This document shows positions 45,232-53,988 of a stretch of 64,000 bases of DNA, in pieces. Every line of letters begins with the position of its first letter. Positions within the stretch are counted from its first letter, which is position 1. The notes beneath the pieces were generated by a model. It did no database searches and was not told where the DNA came from. It saw only the letters and a program-made list of their open reading frames with translations. Origin of the DNA: a virus; the IMG/VR virus record IMGVR_UViG_3300037337_000170, positions 64,648 through 128,647 of that record. One strand, written 5' to 3'. The translations under genes were made by a program, and so were the position numbers.

Positions 45232-47394
45232 ATGACAGACAAGACTTCACTAGACCTTCTGGGGCGACTCCTGGCTTCAGAAAATATTCGTATCGTTCGA
45301 AAAAAAGCCGATACAGCATCTTTTAATGTTTTTACCCGAGAGCTCACGCTTCCACTTTGGGAAGAAATCTCAAAGCAACTAGAAACTTTGTTGATCGCCC
45401 ATGAAGTCGGACACGCGATCTGGACCACAGAGCAGTTTTTGAATCTGTGGAATGATCCATTTCGCCCTCATTTTCATGGGTATGCTAATATCTGTGAAGA
45501 CGCTCGTATTGAGCGCATGATTAAGGAAAAATTCCCTGGTCTGAAAAAAGACTTCTTTGTTGGCTACAATGAGATTCTGAAAAGTAATTTTTTCGGTACC
45601 GAGGGTAAGGATTTAAATACACTCAACTTTATTGATCGTATTAATCTACACTTCAAACTTGAGAATCGGGTAGAGATCGACTTTTCTACCGAAGAGCAGA
45701 CACTTGTTACCCGTCTTACTACGGTTAAAACTGAGGACGAGGTTCTAAAAATTGCCCAACTTGTTTATGACATGGCTGAAAAGTCAAAGTCTAAGCAGAC
45801 TCCAGACAAATCCAAAACCTCCGATCCTGAGCAAAATGATAATAATGCTTCTCCAAGTGAAGAGGGCTCAGAAAATGTTTCGGACTCAGACTTTGGAGAT
45901 CTTTCCGCCGATGATTTGAAAAATGACCCGGAGTCTATGTCCGAGAAAACACCCTCGGGCGCGAATGATAAGCCACCCCAGAGTCTACCTGAGGAGACTG
46001 GTTCAGAAAAAAATGAGTCCATCGTTCCAACTACCCAGGATATGATGGATAAAGGTATGCGTTCAAAGGTAGATAGTTCTAAGTCGAAGGTCTATAATTT
46101 GAAGCCTGAATTAGCTCAGTTTGTCAAATTTGTGCCACTGAAAACTATTGTAGAAGAGTTTAAAAACATAGATGTCTTACCATCCTCGAAATATCTGGGA
46201 TTTATGGCAAAAAATTCAAAACTTGTTACCCACATGGTACAGGAGTTCGAACGAAAAAAATCAGCCGAAAAACTTAAATCGTCCAAAATTGCAAATAGTG
46301 GCGCATTGGACATGAAAAAGATCTTCAAATACAAAATTGCAGATGAAATTTTCAAGCAATACAAAATTGAAGCTGCATCAACTGATCATGGTTTTGTCAT
46401 GTTATTGGATTATTCTAAATCCATGACCATGGTATTTTCATCTGTCATGGAGCAAGTGATCACATTGGTACAATTTTGCTCGGCTGTCGATATTAAGTTT
46501 GAAGTCCTAGCATTTACTAATTCATTTGAGTACACCAGGGAAGATTTATTAAACGGAGCATCGATCTTAGAAAAGCGTACACATAATCTAAAGCTTGATG
46601 AGCTTTATACCGTTAGTCATGCAAGGGTATCAATGCTTCAATTTTATAAAAGTGGAATGAAGAAATCTGAGATTAACTTAATTTCTGGTATATTACATAA
46701 CTATATTAATGTGTTTCACAGAAAGGGGGTGGGCTCAACATATCAAAATTACAAAATGGGCGCAACACCCTTGGTCGAAGCTCTACTGTATATTAATGAT
46801 TACCTGGATGTATTTAAAGCCAAGAATAATACTCAAAAAAATACACTTATTATTTTAACAGACGGGTTTCCTACCGATACCAAATTCATGTCTGGTCCGC
46901 GAAGATTGGACTATGTGTGGCCTAGTAAATCACAAAAGATTTTTATTAGCAGTAAGAAAAATAACATTCAGTATTCCATTAATCTTAAACATGGGAACGT
47001 AAATGTATTGTTACTGGAACTACAGCAGACATTGATCGATCTAATAGCCGGCGATCACCCAGATACAAAACTCGTTGGTATTTTTGTTACTGGCACCAAA
47101 ACATTCAGCAATAATTTTGACTATTATACTCATACCTTAGGTCTTAGTGAAAGAATTGATGCTAAAAAACATGCTAGGTATGCTATGAAAAAAGAAGGCT
47201 TTTATGAGTTTGTTGTCCGTGGTTATAACAAATTTTTTATTGTACCGGTCGATATGACCGATGAAAATGTTGGCTTTGATAAGGTGGTCGCGACCATGAC
47301 CGCGTCCCAGATCGCCCGTGTCACGTCCGGCCGCTTGCTTGCTCAGAAAATGGCTCGTGTCATGTCTAGCAAGCTGATCGCTGAGGTAGCCTGA
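45232..47394 (+). CDS. Metallopeptidase plus vWA domain protein (partner of the CobS-like ATPase)
   Basis: HEVGH, NICEDARIE, acidic linker, LLDYSKSM (MIDAS-like), TPL and LTDG motifs. Confidence 0.8.
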   Translation: MTDKTSLDLLGRLLASENIRIVRKKADTASFNVFTRELTLPLWEEISKQLETLLIAHEVGHAIWTTEQFLNLWNDPFRPHFHGYANICEDARIERMIKEKFPGLKKDFFVGYNEILKSNFFGTEGKDLNTLNFIDRINLHFKLENRVEIDFSTEEQTLVTRLTTVKTEDEVLKIAQLVYDMAEKSKSKQTPDKSKTSDPEQNDNNASPSEEGSENVSDSDFGDLSADDLKNDPESMSEKTPSGANDKPPQSLPEETGSEKNESIVPTTQDMMDKGMRSKVDSSKSKVYNLKPELAQFVKFVPLKTIVEEFKNIDVLPSSKYLGFMAKNSKLVTHMVQEFERKKSAEKLKSSKIANSGALDMKKIFKYKIADEIFKQYKIEAASTDHGFVMLLDYSKSMTMVFSSVMEQVITLVQFCSAVDIKFEVLAFTNSFEYTREDLLNGASILEKRTHNLKLDELYTVSHARVSMLQFYKSGMKKSEINLISGILHNYINVFHRKGVGSTYQNYKMGATPLVEALLYINDYLDVFKAKNNTQKNTLIILTDGFPTDTKFMSGPRRLDYVWPSKSQKIFISSKKNNIQYSINLKHGNVNVLLLELQQTLIDLIAGDHPDTKLVGIFVTGTKTFSNNFDYYTHTLGLSERIDAKKHARYAMKKEGFYEFVVRGYNKFFIVPVDMTDENVGFDKVVATMTASQIARVTSGRLLAQKMARVMSSKLIAEVA

Positions 47395-47397
47395 AAT

Positions 47398-47440
47398 TTT
47401 ACTTTTATTCTGTGGCGTGTTATAATAAACACATACCAAC
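47398..47440 (+). promoter_or_regulatory. Early promoter repeat
   Basis: TTTACT 47398, TATAAT 47421. Confidence 0.8.
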
Positions 47441-47464
47441 CCAGACTCACTAGGAAATATTATT

Positions 47465-47620
47465 ATGAACTCACACGAAAATCTCAAGACTTCTGATGGT
47501 TACTACAACTTTCTTTGCGATATGACCGACTATCTCAATGCCCGTGGTTTTAAAACTGTTGAGTCTGCCGTGACTGAAGAACTCTTGTTCGACGAATTTC
47601 TCGCCGAAACTTTCGCTTAA
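47465..47620 (+). CDS. Small hypothetical protein (51 aa)
   Basis: AGGA RBS; MNSHENLKTSDGYYNFLCDMTDYLNARG... Confidence 0.55.
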   Translation: MNSHENLKTSDGYYNFLCDMTDYLNARGFKTVESAVTEELLFDEFLAETFA

Positions 47621-47626
47621 AAGATT

Positions 47627-48799
47627 ATGACTATCATCGTCGATACTTCCCAAGTTCTGGATGAGATGGAACTTGATGACGCTTTCCGCGCCACTAAAAT
47701 CTACACGCGGCAATTGGTGCGTGATGTCTGCGCCCGTCTTTGTATCGCCAACGACAATAGTGTTCAGAATGCCCTGATTGGTCAATCTGAAAAACTCCGT
47801 CATGGCGTTTATAAACTGGGGGTCGCATCAGTAAAATCAACACCCATCAAAAAGGAGGCTACTGTCAAGATCCAACCGCTGCAATTGGTTTCGATGCCAG
47901 CCCAAGCCCCGCGTGTCCTCGAATTGGCTATTTCTTTGACCACCGTATCTGTGCCAAAAGCAGAAGCTGGTTATGTTCCCTTCGGTAATTACCGTGATGT
48001 TGAGCGTGTTATTTCTAGTCGCCAGTTTTTTCCGGTGTATATTACTGGTCCTTCTGGTAACGGCAAGTCGAGTATGGTCATTAATATTTGCGCCAAGAAT
48101 TCGATCCCAATGATTCGTATTAACTGCTCGGTCCAATCTGACGAGGAAAAGTTAATCGGCTCAAAAACTCTGGTGAACGGCGACATTAAAGTTATTGACG
48201 GGCCTATTGTTACTGGACTCCGTACCGGCGCTCTGATAATCCTAGAAGAGGCTGATGCTCTGGACACGCGTTTGGCACTTACCCTGCAAGGTATCCTCGA
48301 GGGTCGACCATTTTTCTTTGCTCTGACGGGAGAATATATCATTCCTGCTCCTGGCTTTAACATTGTTGCCATCGGCAACACCAAAGGCTCTGGCTCAGAG
48401 GATGGCAAATATCTTGGTACTAATCTGCAAAATTCTGCATTCCTCGAGCGATTCGGGTGCACCTTTGAACAAGATTTTCCTAATCAGATCGCCGAGCAAA
48501 AAATGGTAATGAACTGGATGCAGCAACATGACTGTGTCGATGAGACCTTGGCCGCGGCTTTGGTGAAATGGACTGATGCAGTCCGCAAAACCCATAAAAG
48601 TGGTGGTATCGAAGATGTTATCTCGACTCGGCGATTGAATCATATTGTGGTGGCATATTCTATTTACCGAAATATTACGAAAGCTGTTGAACTCTGTACC
48701 AATCGATTCGATTCGTTTACATCAGCTGCATTCCGGGATCTTTTCGACAAGATTTATGTTGAACCTCTTCCATCTGTTCCTGCTCTAGAAAGCGCTTAA
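47627..48799 (+). CDS. cobS: CobS/MoxR-like AAA+ ATPase
   Basis: YVPFGN, GPSGNGKS, LEEAD, PAPGFN..A..NTKG.GS.DG, AFLERF and ISTRRL motifs. Confidence 0.88.
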   Translation: MTIIVDTSQVLDEMELDDAFRATKIYTRQLVRDVCARLCIANDNSVQNALIGQSEKLRHGVYKLGVASVKSTPIKKEATVKIQPLQLVSMPAQAPRVLELAISLTTVSVPKAEAGYVPFGNYRDVERVISSRQFFPVYITGPSGNGKSSMVINICAKNSIPMIRINCSVQSDEEKLIGSKTLVNGDIKVIDGPIVTGLRTGALIILEEADALDTRLALTLQGILEGRPFFFALTGEYIIPAPGFNIVAIGNTKGSGSEDGKYLGTNLQNSAFLERFGCTFEQDFPNQIAEQKMVMNWMQQHDCVDETLAAALVKWTDAVRKTHKSGGIEDVISTRRLNHIVVAYSIYRNITKAVELCTNRFDSFTSAAFRDLFDKIYVEPLPSVPALESA

Positions 48800-49128
48800 T
48801 GTTACTGTATACTGATCTTTCTGGCTCCCAACGGCGATGGGTGGATTTGGTAGAATTTTGCTTCCCCGATATCAGCGAAACTATTACATATCAAAAAATC
48901 AAGGACATACATAACTTTTTTACCGAGAAGCGAAAAGATAATCCTAAGTATAAAATCTCTAAAGCACTCTGGCTTATTACAAATAATGCCATGACTCGGG
49001 GTGTATATAAATTTCCTAGCTCTAAACTAGCAGATGAAGATGCCCCAATGGTAGAGGATACGGAGATGGAAAAACTCTATAAGGCTGAACTCGCTAAGTA
49101 TGGAATCCCAATCAAAAAATCCAAATGA
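48799..49128 (+). CDS. Hypothetical protein
   Basis: Translationally coupled ORF; WL...N...RGVY.FP motif. Confidence 0.65.
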   Translation: MLLYTDLSGSQRRWVDLVEFCFPDISETITYQKIKDIHNFFTEKRKDNPKYKISKALWLITNNAMTRGVYKFPSSKLADEDAPMVEDTEMEKLYKAELAKYGIPIKKSK

Positions 49129-49301
49129 TTAATAAAAACTTCTGTTTCGGTTTCTTTGGTACATCGATCCTCTGTGCCATTATAGCGTGGCTTAGCGGCT
49201 ATAACTTTGATACCCGCGGTCCGGAGATAGCCAATTGGTTCTCATTTGTTTTTTGGATTTCTGTTATAATCGGTACCGTGACTTCTGCTACATCATCTTA
49301 A
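49125..49301 (+). CDS. Small membrane protein (58 aa)
   Basis: ATGA overlap; MINKNFCFGFFGTSILCAIIAWLSGYNFDTRG..., two TM segments. Confidence 0.5.
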   Translation: MINKNFCFGFFGTSILCAIIAWLSGYNFDTRGPEIANWFSFVFWISVIIGTVTSATSS

Positions 49302-49310
49302 GGAAAAAAC

Positions 49311-49562
49311 ATGAAAACTGGTTCAGAAGGTTACGGTGTTAAACCGGATAAGGTACTTCGTTATGAAGAATATGAGGCCGAGATTTCTAGACTAAATGCT
49401 AGAGTGATTGAGCTTGAAGCGGCTAATAAAATTCTAGAAACCGAAGAGGCTAATATCATTCTAGCACTTCGAAAGTGTCTTGGCTCTCTATGCGATGAAA
49501 ACGACATTCTCACACAAGAAGCCGATATGTTTTACCGAGCAAAAGTTTATTCTGGTCGCTGA
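49311..49562 (+). CDS. Hypothetical coiled-coil protein
   Basis: AAGGA RBS. Confidence 0.6.
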   Translation: MKTGSEGYGVKPDKVLRYEEYEAEISRLNARVIELEAANKILETEEANIILALRKCLGSLCDENDILTQEADMFYRAKVYSGR

Positions 49563-49633
49563 AAGTTTATGGTATAATAGGTATGACGACACCGATAGTC
49601 CTACTTAACCCAATGTTCGGTATAGGAAAAATT

Positions 49634-49834
49634 ATGAAAACCGTTCCAATGCAAACCAAGTTCGAAACCCGTGTGAGTGCAGGCCAGACCCTAACTATCC
49701 CCCAGCTAAAGCAAATGGGTTTTGCCAATCCTTATGACGCAGCATACAGTGCCCGACAAAATGGATTTAACGTACAGCGTTTTATGAAAAATACCCGCAA
49801 GGGCCCAGTATCAGTATACAGTCTAGATGTCTGA
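49634..49834 (+). CDS. Small basic protein, possible winged-HTH
   Basis: AGGA RBS before ATG 49634; G..LT, ANP and R..G...Y pattern; preceded by the middle-type promoter at 49545. Confidence 0.55.
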   Translation: MKTVPMQTKFETRVSAGQTLTIPQLKQMGFANPYDAAYSARQNGFNVQRFMKNTRKGPVSVYSLDV

Positions 49835-50213
49835 TAAGCACATACCACCCATGGTTGGTATGTACGTCGGCGGAATATTTTGTCCAGGTCCAGTTAATGC
49901 CACACTAACTACTCTCGATAAGGGTAGTAAATTTGATTCTGGCAAACCAATGATGTCGCTACTCCCGCCACATGCTATGCTAGCAGTCGGTAGGGTACTA
50001 ACATTCGGTGCCCAGAAATATAGCAAAGATAACTGGAAGCTCGTGCCATCTGCCAAACAGCGCTATATGGATGCTATGATGCGGCATGCCTTTCATTTTA
50101 TGTCTGGCGAGGAACGAGATCTTGAGACTGGCGAAAATCACTTGGCCCATCTTATCTGCTGTGCTAGCTTCATTCTTGATGCAGCAGAATCGGGGAACGA
50201 TCTACCCGAGTAA
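49827..50213 (+). CDS. dATP/dGTP diphosphohydrolase domain protein (DUF5664-like)
   Basis: GSKFDSGKP..SLLP, GAQKY...NW, YMDAMMRH and ETG..HLAH motifs. Confidence 0.8.
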   Translation: MSDKHIPPMVGMYVGGIFCPGPVNATLTTLDKGSKFDSGKPMMSLLPPHAMLAVGRVLTFGAQKYSKDNWKLVPSAKQRYMDAMMRHAFHFMSGEERDLETGENHLAHLICCASFILDAAESGNDLPE

Positions 50214-50289
50214 GTTTATTTTGTGTCTAGTGTTACCCTGATATAATTGATCAAGCAGGCAATATTGCCTTTATTATGAAAGAAATTCT

Positions 50290-50949
50290 ATGAAAATCAG
50301 CCGCGAAACTATTGCTATTCTTAAGCACCTCTCCTCTATCAATCAAAACGTAATCCTTAAGCCTGGTAAAGTGGTTTCGACTATTTCTCCTCAGAAAAAT
50401 GTTCTGGCTGATATTGTTATTGCCGAAGATTTTGAAGCGGTTATGCCGATTTATGACTTGTCAGAATTTCTAGGTGCATTAAGCCTATTCTCTGATCCTG
50501 AAGTTACTTTTAAAGGTAAATACGCACTAATCTCTGAAAACGGCAATGCAATTAAGTACTATGCTGCTGATGAAAGTATCCTGATTGTGCCTAATAAGGC
50601 AATCAAGTTTCCCACATCCGATATTGATTTTACCCTATCGCAGGAAACACTAGCATTGGTTCTTCGTACTGCAGGTGTACTTCGAAGCTCAGATGTGTCA
50701 CTGGTTGCAGATGGTGAATTTCTATCATTTGAAGTTGCCGATTTGAAATCAGCAACCTCTAATTCTTTTACTGTACCGCTTGGCGATACCGATAAGACTT
50801 TTAAGGTAAATTTTAAGACTGAAAACTTAAAACTTATCCCAGGAGAATATGACGTTAGTATCTCAGCAAAAAAGATCTCTCGTTTCAAAAATACATCACT
50901 TGATGCGGTATTCTACATTGCACTTGAGTCGACCAGCAGCTTCGACTAA
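50290..50949 (+). CDS. gp45: Sliding clamp gp45
   Basis: MKIS.ETI.ILK...IN, IYDL.EFL, NLKLIPG.Y.V.IS and YIALE motifs. Confidence 0.93.
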   Translation: MKISRETIAILKHLSSINQNVILKPGKVVSTISPQKNVLADIVIAEDFEAVMPIYDLSEFLGALSLFSDPEVTFKGKYALISENGNAIKYYAADESILIVPNKAIKFPTSDIDFTLSQETLALVLRTAGVLRSSDVSLVADGEFLSFEVADLKSATSNSFTVPLGDTDKTFKVNFKTENLKLIPGEYDVSISAKKISRFKNTSLDAVFYIALESTSSFD

Positions 50950-50954
50950 ATCAC

Positions 50955-50974
50955 AAACCAGCTTCGGCTGGTTT
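50955..50974 (+). terminator. Intrinsic terminator (cUUCGg loop) overlapping an early-type promoter
   Basis: AAACCAGC-TTCG-GCTGGTTT; TTTACT 50972 / TATAAT 50995. Confidence 0.7.
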
Positions 50975-51021
50975 ACTTTTATGTGCAGATGTGATATAAT
51001 GTTACCTTAACAAGGAGATAT

Positions 51022-51954
51022 ATGAGTGAAAAAGTGTGGGCAGAAGCCTGGCGCCCAAAAACAGTAGCCGACTGCATTTTGCCAGACTCGGTTGCCAGTA
51101 TGATTACTTCTGCTATTAAAAATAACAGTCTTCAGCATTTAATTCTATCTGGTCCACCAGGAACCGGTAAGACTTCGATTTGCAATGCAATTGCCAATGA
51201 CATGGATGCTGACCTACTTAGCATCAATTGTGGACTAACACCATCGATTGATGTTATCCGTAGCAGCGTGGTATCTTTCAGTAGTTCGGTTTCACTGAAT
51301 GGTGGAATTAAGATTGTCTTATTCGATGAGGCAGACTCACTTTCTAACCAGGCATTTTTATCACTTAAAGGTGTGATTGAAGAGTTTTCTAATACCAGAT
51401 TCTTCTTTACTACAAATTCATTATCCAAGATCATTCCGGCTATTCAATCTCGGGCCTTGCTAATTGATTTTAATGCGCAGGCATCGGACAAGCCAAAACT
51501 AGCCTCGAAGATGTTTAAGCGCGTTCTGGGTATTCTAACTACCAATAATATCGAGTTCGATAAAGCAGTAGTTGCTCAGATCGTAAATAAATTCTTTCCC
51601 GATTTTCGTAAAACTTTAAACGAGCTTCAGCGGTACTCGGCTGCCGGCAAAATTGATTCTGGGATTCTCCTTGGCTCATCCAAGGAGACCTTTGCAGAAC
51701 TATTGAATGGAATCAAAACTAAAGACTTTAAAGTAGTCAGACGATGGGTCGGTGAAAATGCAGACATTGAAATGCAAACTCTGTTTCGTGACTTCTACGA
51801 TAATTCCAATGACTATTTCAAGCCAGAAACCATTCCTCAGATTATTCTAATCATGAGCGACTATGGTTACAAATCGACTGCTGCCGTAGATCAAACTATC
51901 ACCTTAATGGCTGCTATGATTGAAATTATGTTACTTGACCCAATTAAGGATTAA
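51022..51954 (+). CDS. gp44: Clamp loader large subunit gp44
   Basis: W.E..RP..V.DCILP, GPPGTGKT, DEAD, IEEFS and FPDFR..LNELQRY motifs. Confidence 0.95.
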   Translation: MSEKVWAEAWRPKTVADCILPDSVASMITSAIKNNSLQHLILSGPPGTGKTSICNAIANDMDADLLSINCGLTPSIDVIRSSVVSFSSSVSLNGGIKIVLFDEADSLSNQAFLSLKGVIEEFSNTRFFFTTNSLSKIIPAIQSRALLIDFNAQASDKPKLASKMFKRVLGILTTNNIEFDKAVVAQIVNKFFPDFRKTLNELQRYSAAGKIDSGILLGSSKETFAELLNGIKTKDFKVVRRWVGENADIEMQTLFRDFYDNSNDYFKPETIPQIILIMSDYGYKSTAAVDQTITLMAAMIEIMLLDPIKD

Positions 51955-51955
51955 A

Positions 51956-52252
51956 ATGGAATATGTTATTGTTGCTTTAGTAGTCGGTGTTTTTTCATAC
52001 TGGCGCGGCCTTGTTGCAGGAGTTAATGAAAATATTGTCGATCAACTCAAAAGGTTAGTCGAGCATATCCCTGTTAATTTGGAGATAGAACTTCTGCAAG
52101 GTATCTATTACGGTAGAATCTTAAACTTAGGCCCCTTTGTTGGTCAGAGCACCGAAAAACAAGAAATTATTGATATGGCAATGGCAATGTTTTCAGATCG
52201 TACCATTATCGTAAGTTCTAAAGAAGAGGAAGAACATGAAGAATGTGTTTGA
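51956..52252 (+). CDS. Hypothetical protein with N-terminal TM
   Basis: AAGGA RBS before ATG 51956. Confidence 0.6.
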   Translation: MEYVIVALVVGVFSYWRGLVAGVNENIVDQLKRLVEHIPVNLEIELLQGIYYGRILNLGPFVGQSTEKQEIIDMAMAMFSDRTIIVSSKEEEEHEECV

Positions 52253-52616
52253 TGTTATCAACAGTCTAAGTTCTACCAAAACTTCTGATTGGTCTGAGTG
52301 TGAAACACTATATGAGCCATTCATGGTGAATAGGGGATTTTCTAATTTTTATGATACGATTATGATTGCCAATGAGATGAACAGTCTGGCTGCATCAAAA
52401 ATACCCAAAAAGTGGGCATTTGACTTCTATAATCATGCAATCAAAAATAAAAAGAAACGCTTTTCTACTTGGGCGAAACCGCGCAAGGATGAACGTGTTA
52501 AACTTATCTCAGAGTTTTATAAATGCAGTAAGCTTATAGCAGAGCAATATAACCTAATTTTAACAGAAGATGATATTAAGGAACTTGAAAATAAAATGAC
52601 CAAAGGTGGGCGATAA
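52236..52616 (+). CDS. gp62: Clamp loader small subunit gp62
   Basis: Y.PFMVNRGFS...DT...ANEMN, KKRFS.W.K and KGG motifs. Confidence 0.9.
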   Translation: MKNVFDVINSLSSTKTSDWSECETLYEPFMVNRGFSNFYDTIMIANEMNSLAASKIPKKWAFDFYNHAIKNKKKRFSTWAKPRKDERVKLISEFYKCSKLIAEQYNLILTEDDIKELENKMTKGGR

Positions 52617-52657
52617 AAAATCATAAATAAAGGGATTAACCAACACGCCCCTTTATT

Positions 52658-53071
52658 ATGACTTATCTATTAACCGACTCCTATCATTGGACTGAGTCAT
52701 GTCTCTATGAAATTATCCTTCCTGATCCTGATGCCTTTTTAAAAATAAAAGAAACCTTATCTAGAATAGGAATTGCTTCAAAAAAAGAAAAGATTCTCTG
52801 CCAGACCTGCCATATTTTACACCGCCGTGGCAAATATTATATTATGAATTTCAAAGAGCTTTTTGCATTAGACGGTAAACCAACCAATATTGAATACAAT
52901 GATATTGCCAGACGGAATACTATCGCAAATCTCCTAGAGCAATGGGGCCTATGTAAGGTAGTACAAAAATCAGACTTGATTTTGACCACCAATTGTATTA
53001 AAATTATTCCTTTCGCACAGAAGTCTCAGTGGACTTTGACTGTAAAGTACACTATGGGCAAGAAAATCTAA
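52658..53071 (+). CDS. regA: Translational repressor RegA
   Basis: FLKIKETLSRIGIA, QTCHILH..G.YYI..FKELF.LDG, RRNTIA.LL..WGL and KY..G motifs. Confidence 0.95.
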   Translation: MTYLLTDSYHWTESCLYEIILPDPDAFLKIKETLSRIGIASKKEKILCQTCHILHRRGKYYIMNFKELFALDGKPTNIEYNDIARRNTIANLLEQWGLCKVVQKSDLILTTNCIKIIPFAQKSQWTLTVKYTMGKKI

Positions 53072-53257
53072 ATGCAAATTACCAAACTAGCAAAATTTCC
53101 TATCTTCAGACGAGGAAATTGGAACTATAGTATTTCTATTACAAATGAAAAAAACGTTCTTGTAATAGCTAGTAAACAAAAAGCTGATTACGATTTTTTC
53201 GTTAGGTTTTTTGTAAACGAAGCCAAGGCGTATGACTGGGCTAAGACCCTAACTTAA
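53072..53257 (+). CDS. Hypothetical protein
   Basis: Coupled small ORF. Confidence 0.6.
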   Translation: MQITKLAKFPIFRRGNWNYSISITNEKNVLVIASKQKADYDFFVRFFVNEAKAYDWAKTLT

Positions 53258-53269
53258 TTATGGATTATA

Positions 53270-53866
53270 ATGAATTACTCACTATTTGCACTTGATATTG
53301 AAACACTTGCCACAGAAGCAAATGCTGTAATTCTTTCAATCGGCTTGGTACCATTTGAAGCCAAGCCATTTTTCACCGTAGAGGGTTTAAGAAAAAATTC
53401 CTTTTTTGTAAAATTTAATGCTCGCGAGCAACAGACCATCTATAATAGGTCTGTCAGTAAGGACACATTGAAGTGGTGGTCTGAGCAATCCAAAGCATCT
53501 CAAGCAATGAGTCTGATTCCATCCTCCTCTGATATGTCTGTGGTTGATGGTTTATCTGCTCTTACTGAGTTTTATCATAGCCGTGGTGGTTCGAAAAACT
53601 CTAAAATTTATACCCGCGGTTCCTTTGACCAAATGATTACAGATTCTCTATTCAAAGCCGCAGATATGAAGCCTCTGGCTCCATACTACGGTTTTAGAGA
53701 TATTCGCACATTTATCGAGGTATTGTATCCAAAATCCGAACGAGGGTATATCAAGGTAGATACCACAGTTTGTACTGACTATAATCAAGATAAACTTGTA
53801 GCCCATGATCCGGTCGAGGATTGTCTTCGTGATATCGCTATGATGCTAGCCGGCGAAGTAGACTAA
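53270..53866 (+). CDS. dexA: DexA-like DEDDh 3'-5' exonuclease
   Basis: LDIETL, T..WW..Q, RGSFD, RDIRT and HDP..DC..D motifs. Confidence 0.8.
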   Translation: MNYSLFALDIETLATEANAVILSIGLVPFEAKPFFTVEGLRKNSFFVKFNAREQQTIYNRSVSKDTLKWWSEQSKASQAMSLIPSSSDMSVVDGLSALTEFYHSRGGSKNSKIYTRGSFDQMITDSLFKAADMKPLAPYYGFRDIRTFIEVLYPKSERGYIKVDTTVCTDYNQDKLVAHDPVEDCLRDIAMMLAGEVD

Positions 53867-53924
53867 AAGTTTATTTTCATACACTAAAGTACGGTGTATA
53901 ATAAAGCTTCTGACACTCACTTTT

Positions 53925-53988
53925 CATTACTGCGCCAATGTATCGTAAAGAATACATTGGCGCAGTAATGTATTCTTTACGATACATT
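53925..53988. repeat. Overlapping perfect inverted repeats in the gp43 leader
   Basis: 19-bp arms at 53925-53943/53952-53970; 22-bp arms at 53937-53958/53967-53988. Confidence 0.85.

Noticed and set aside
45232-48799. Cobalamin biosynthesis auxiliary genes (cobS/cobT)
   Set aside because: This is the MoxR-type ATPase plus vWA pair common in T4-like phages; no other cob genes are present, so a chaperone-like role is more likely
52626-52657. AATAAAGGG/CCCTTTATT hairpin before regA as an RBS-sequestering switch
   Set aside because: Only 9 AT-rich bp, and the purine stretch is too far from the ATG; insufficient support
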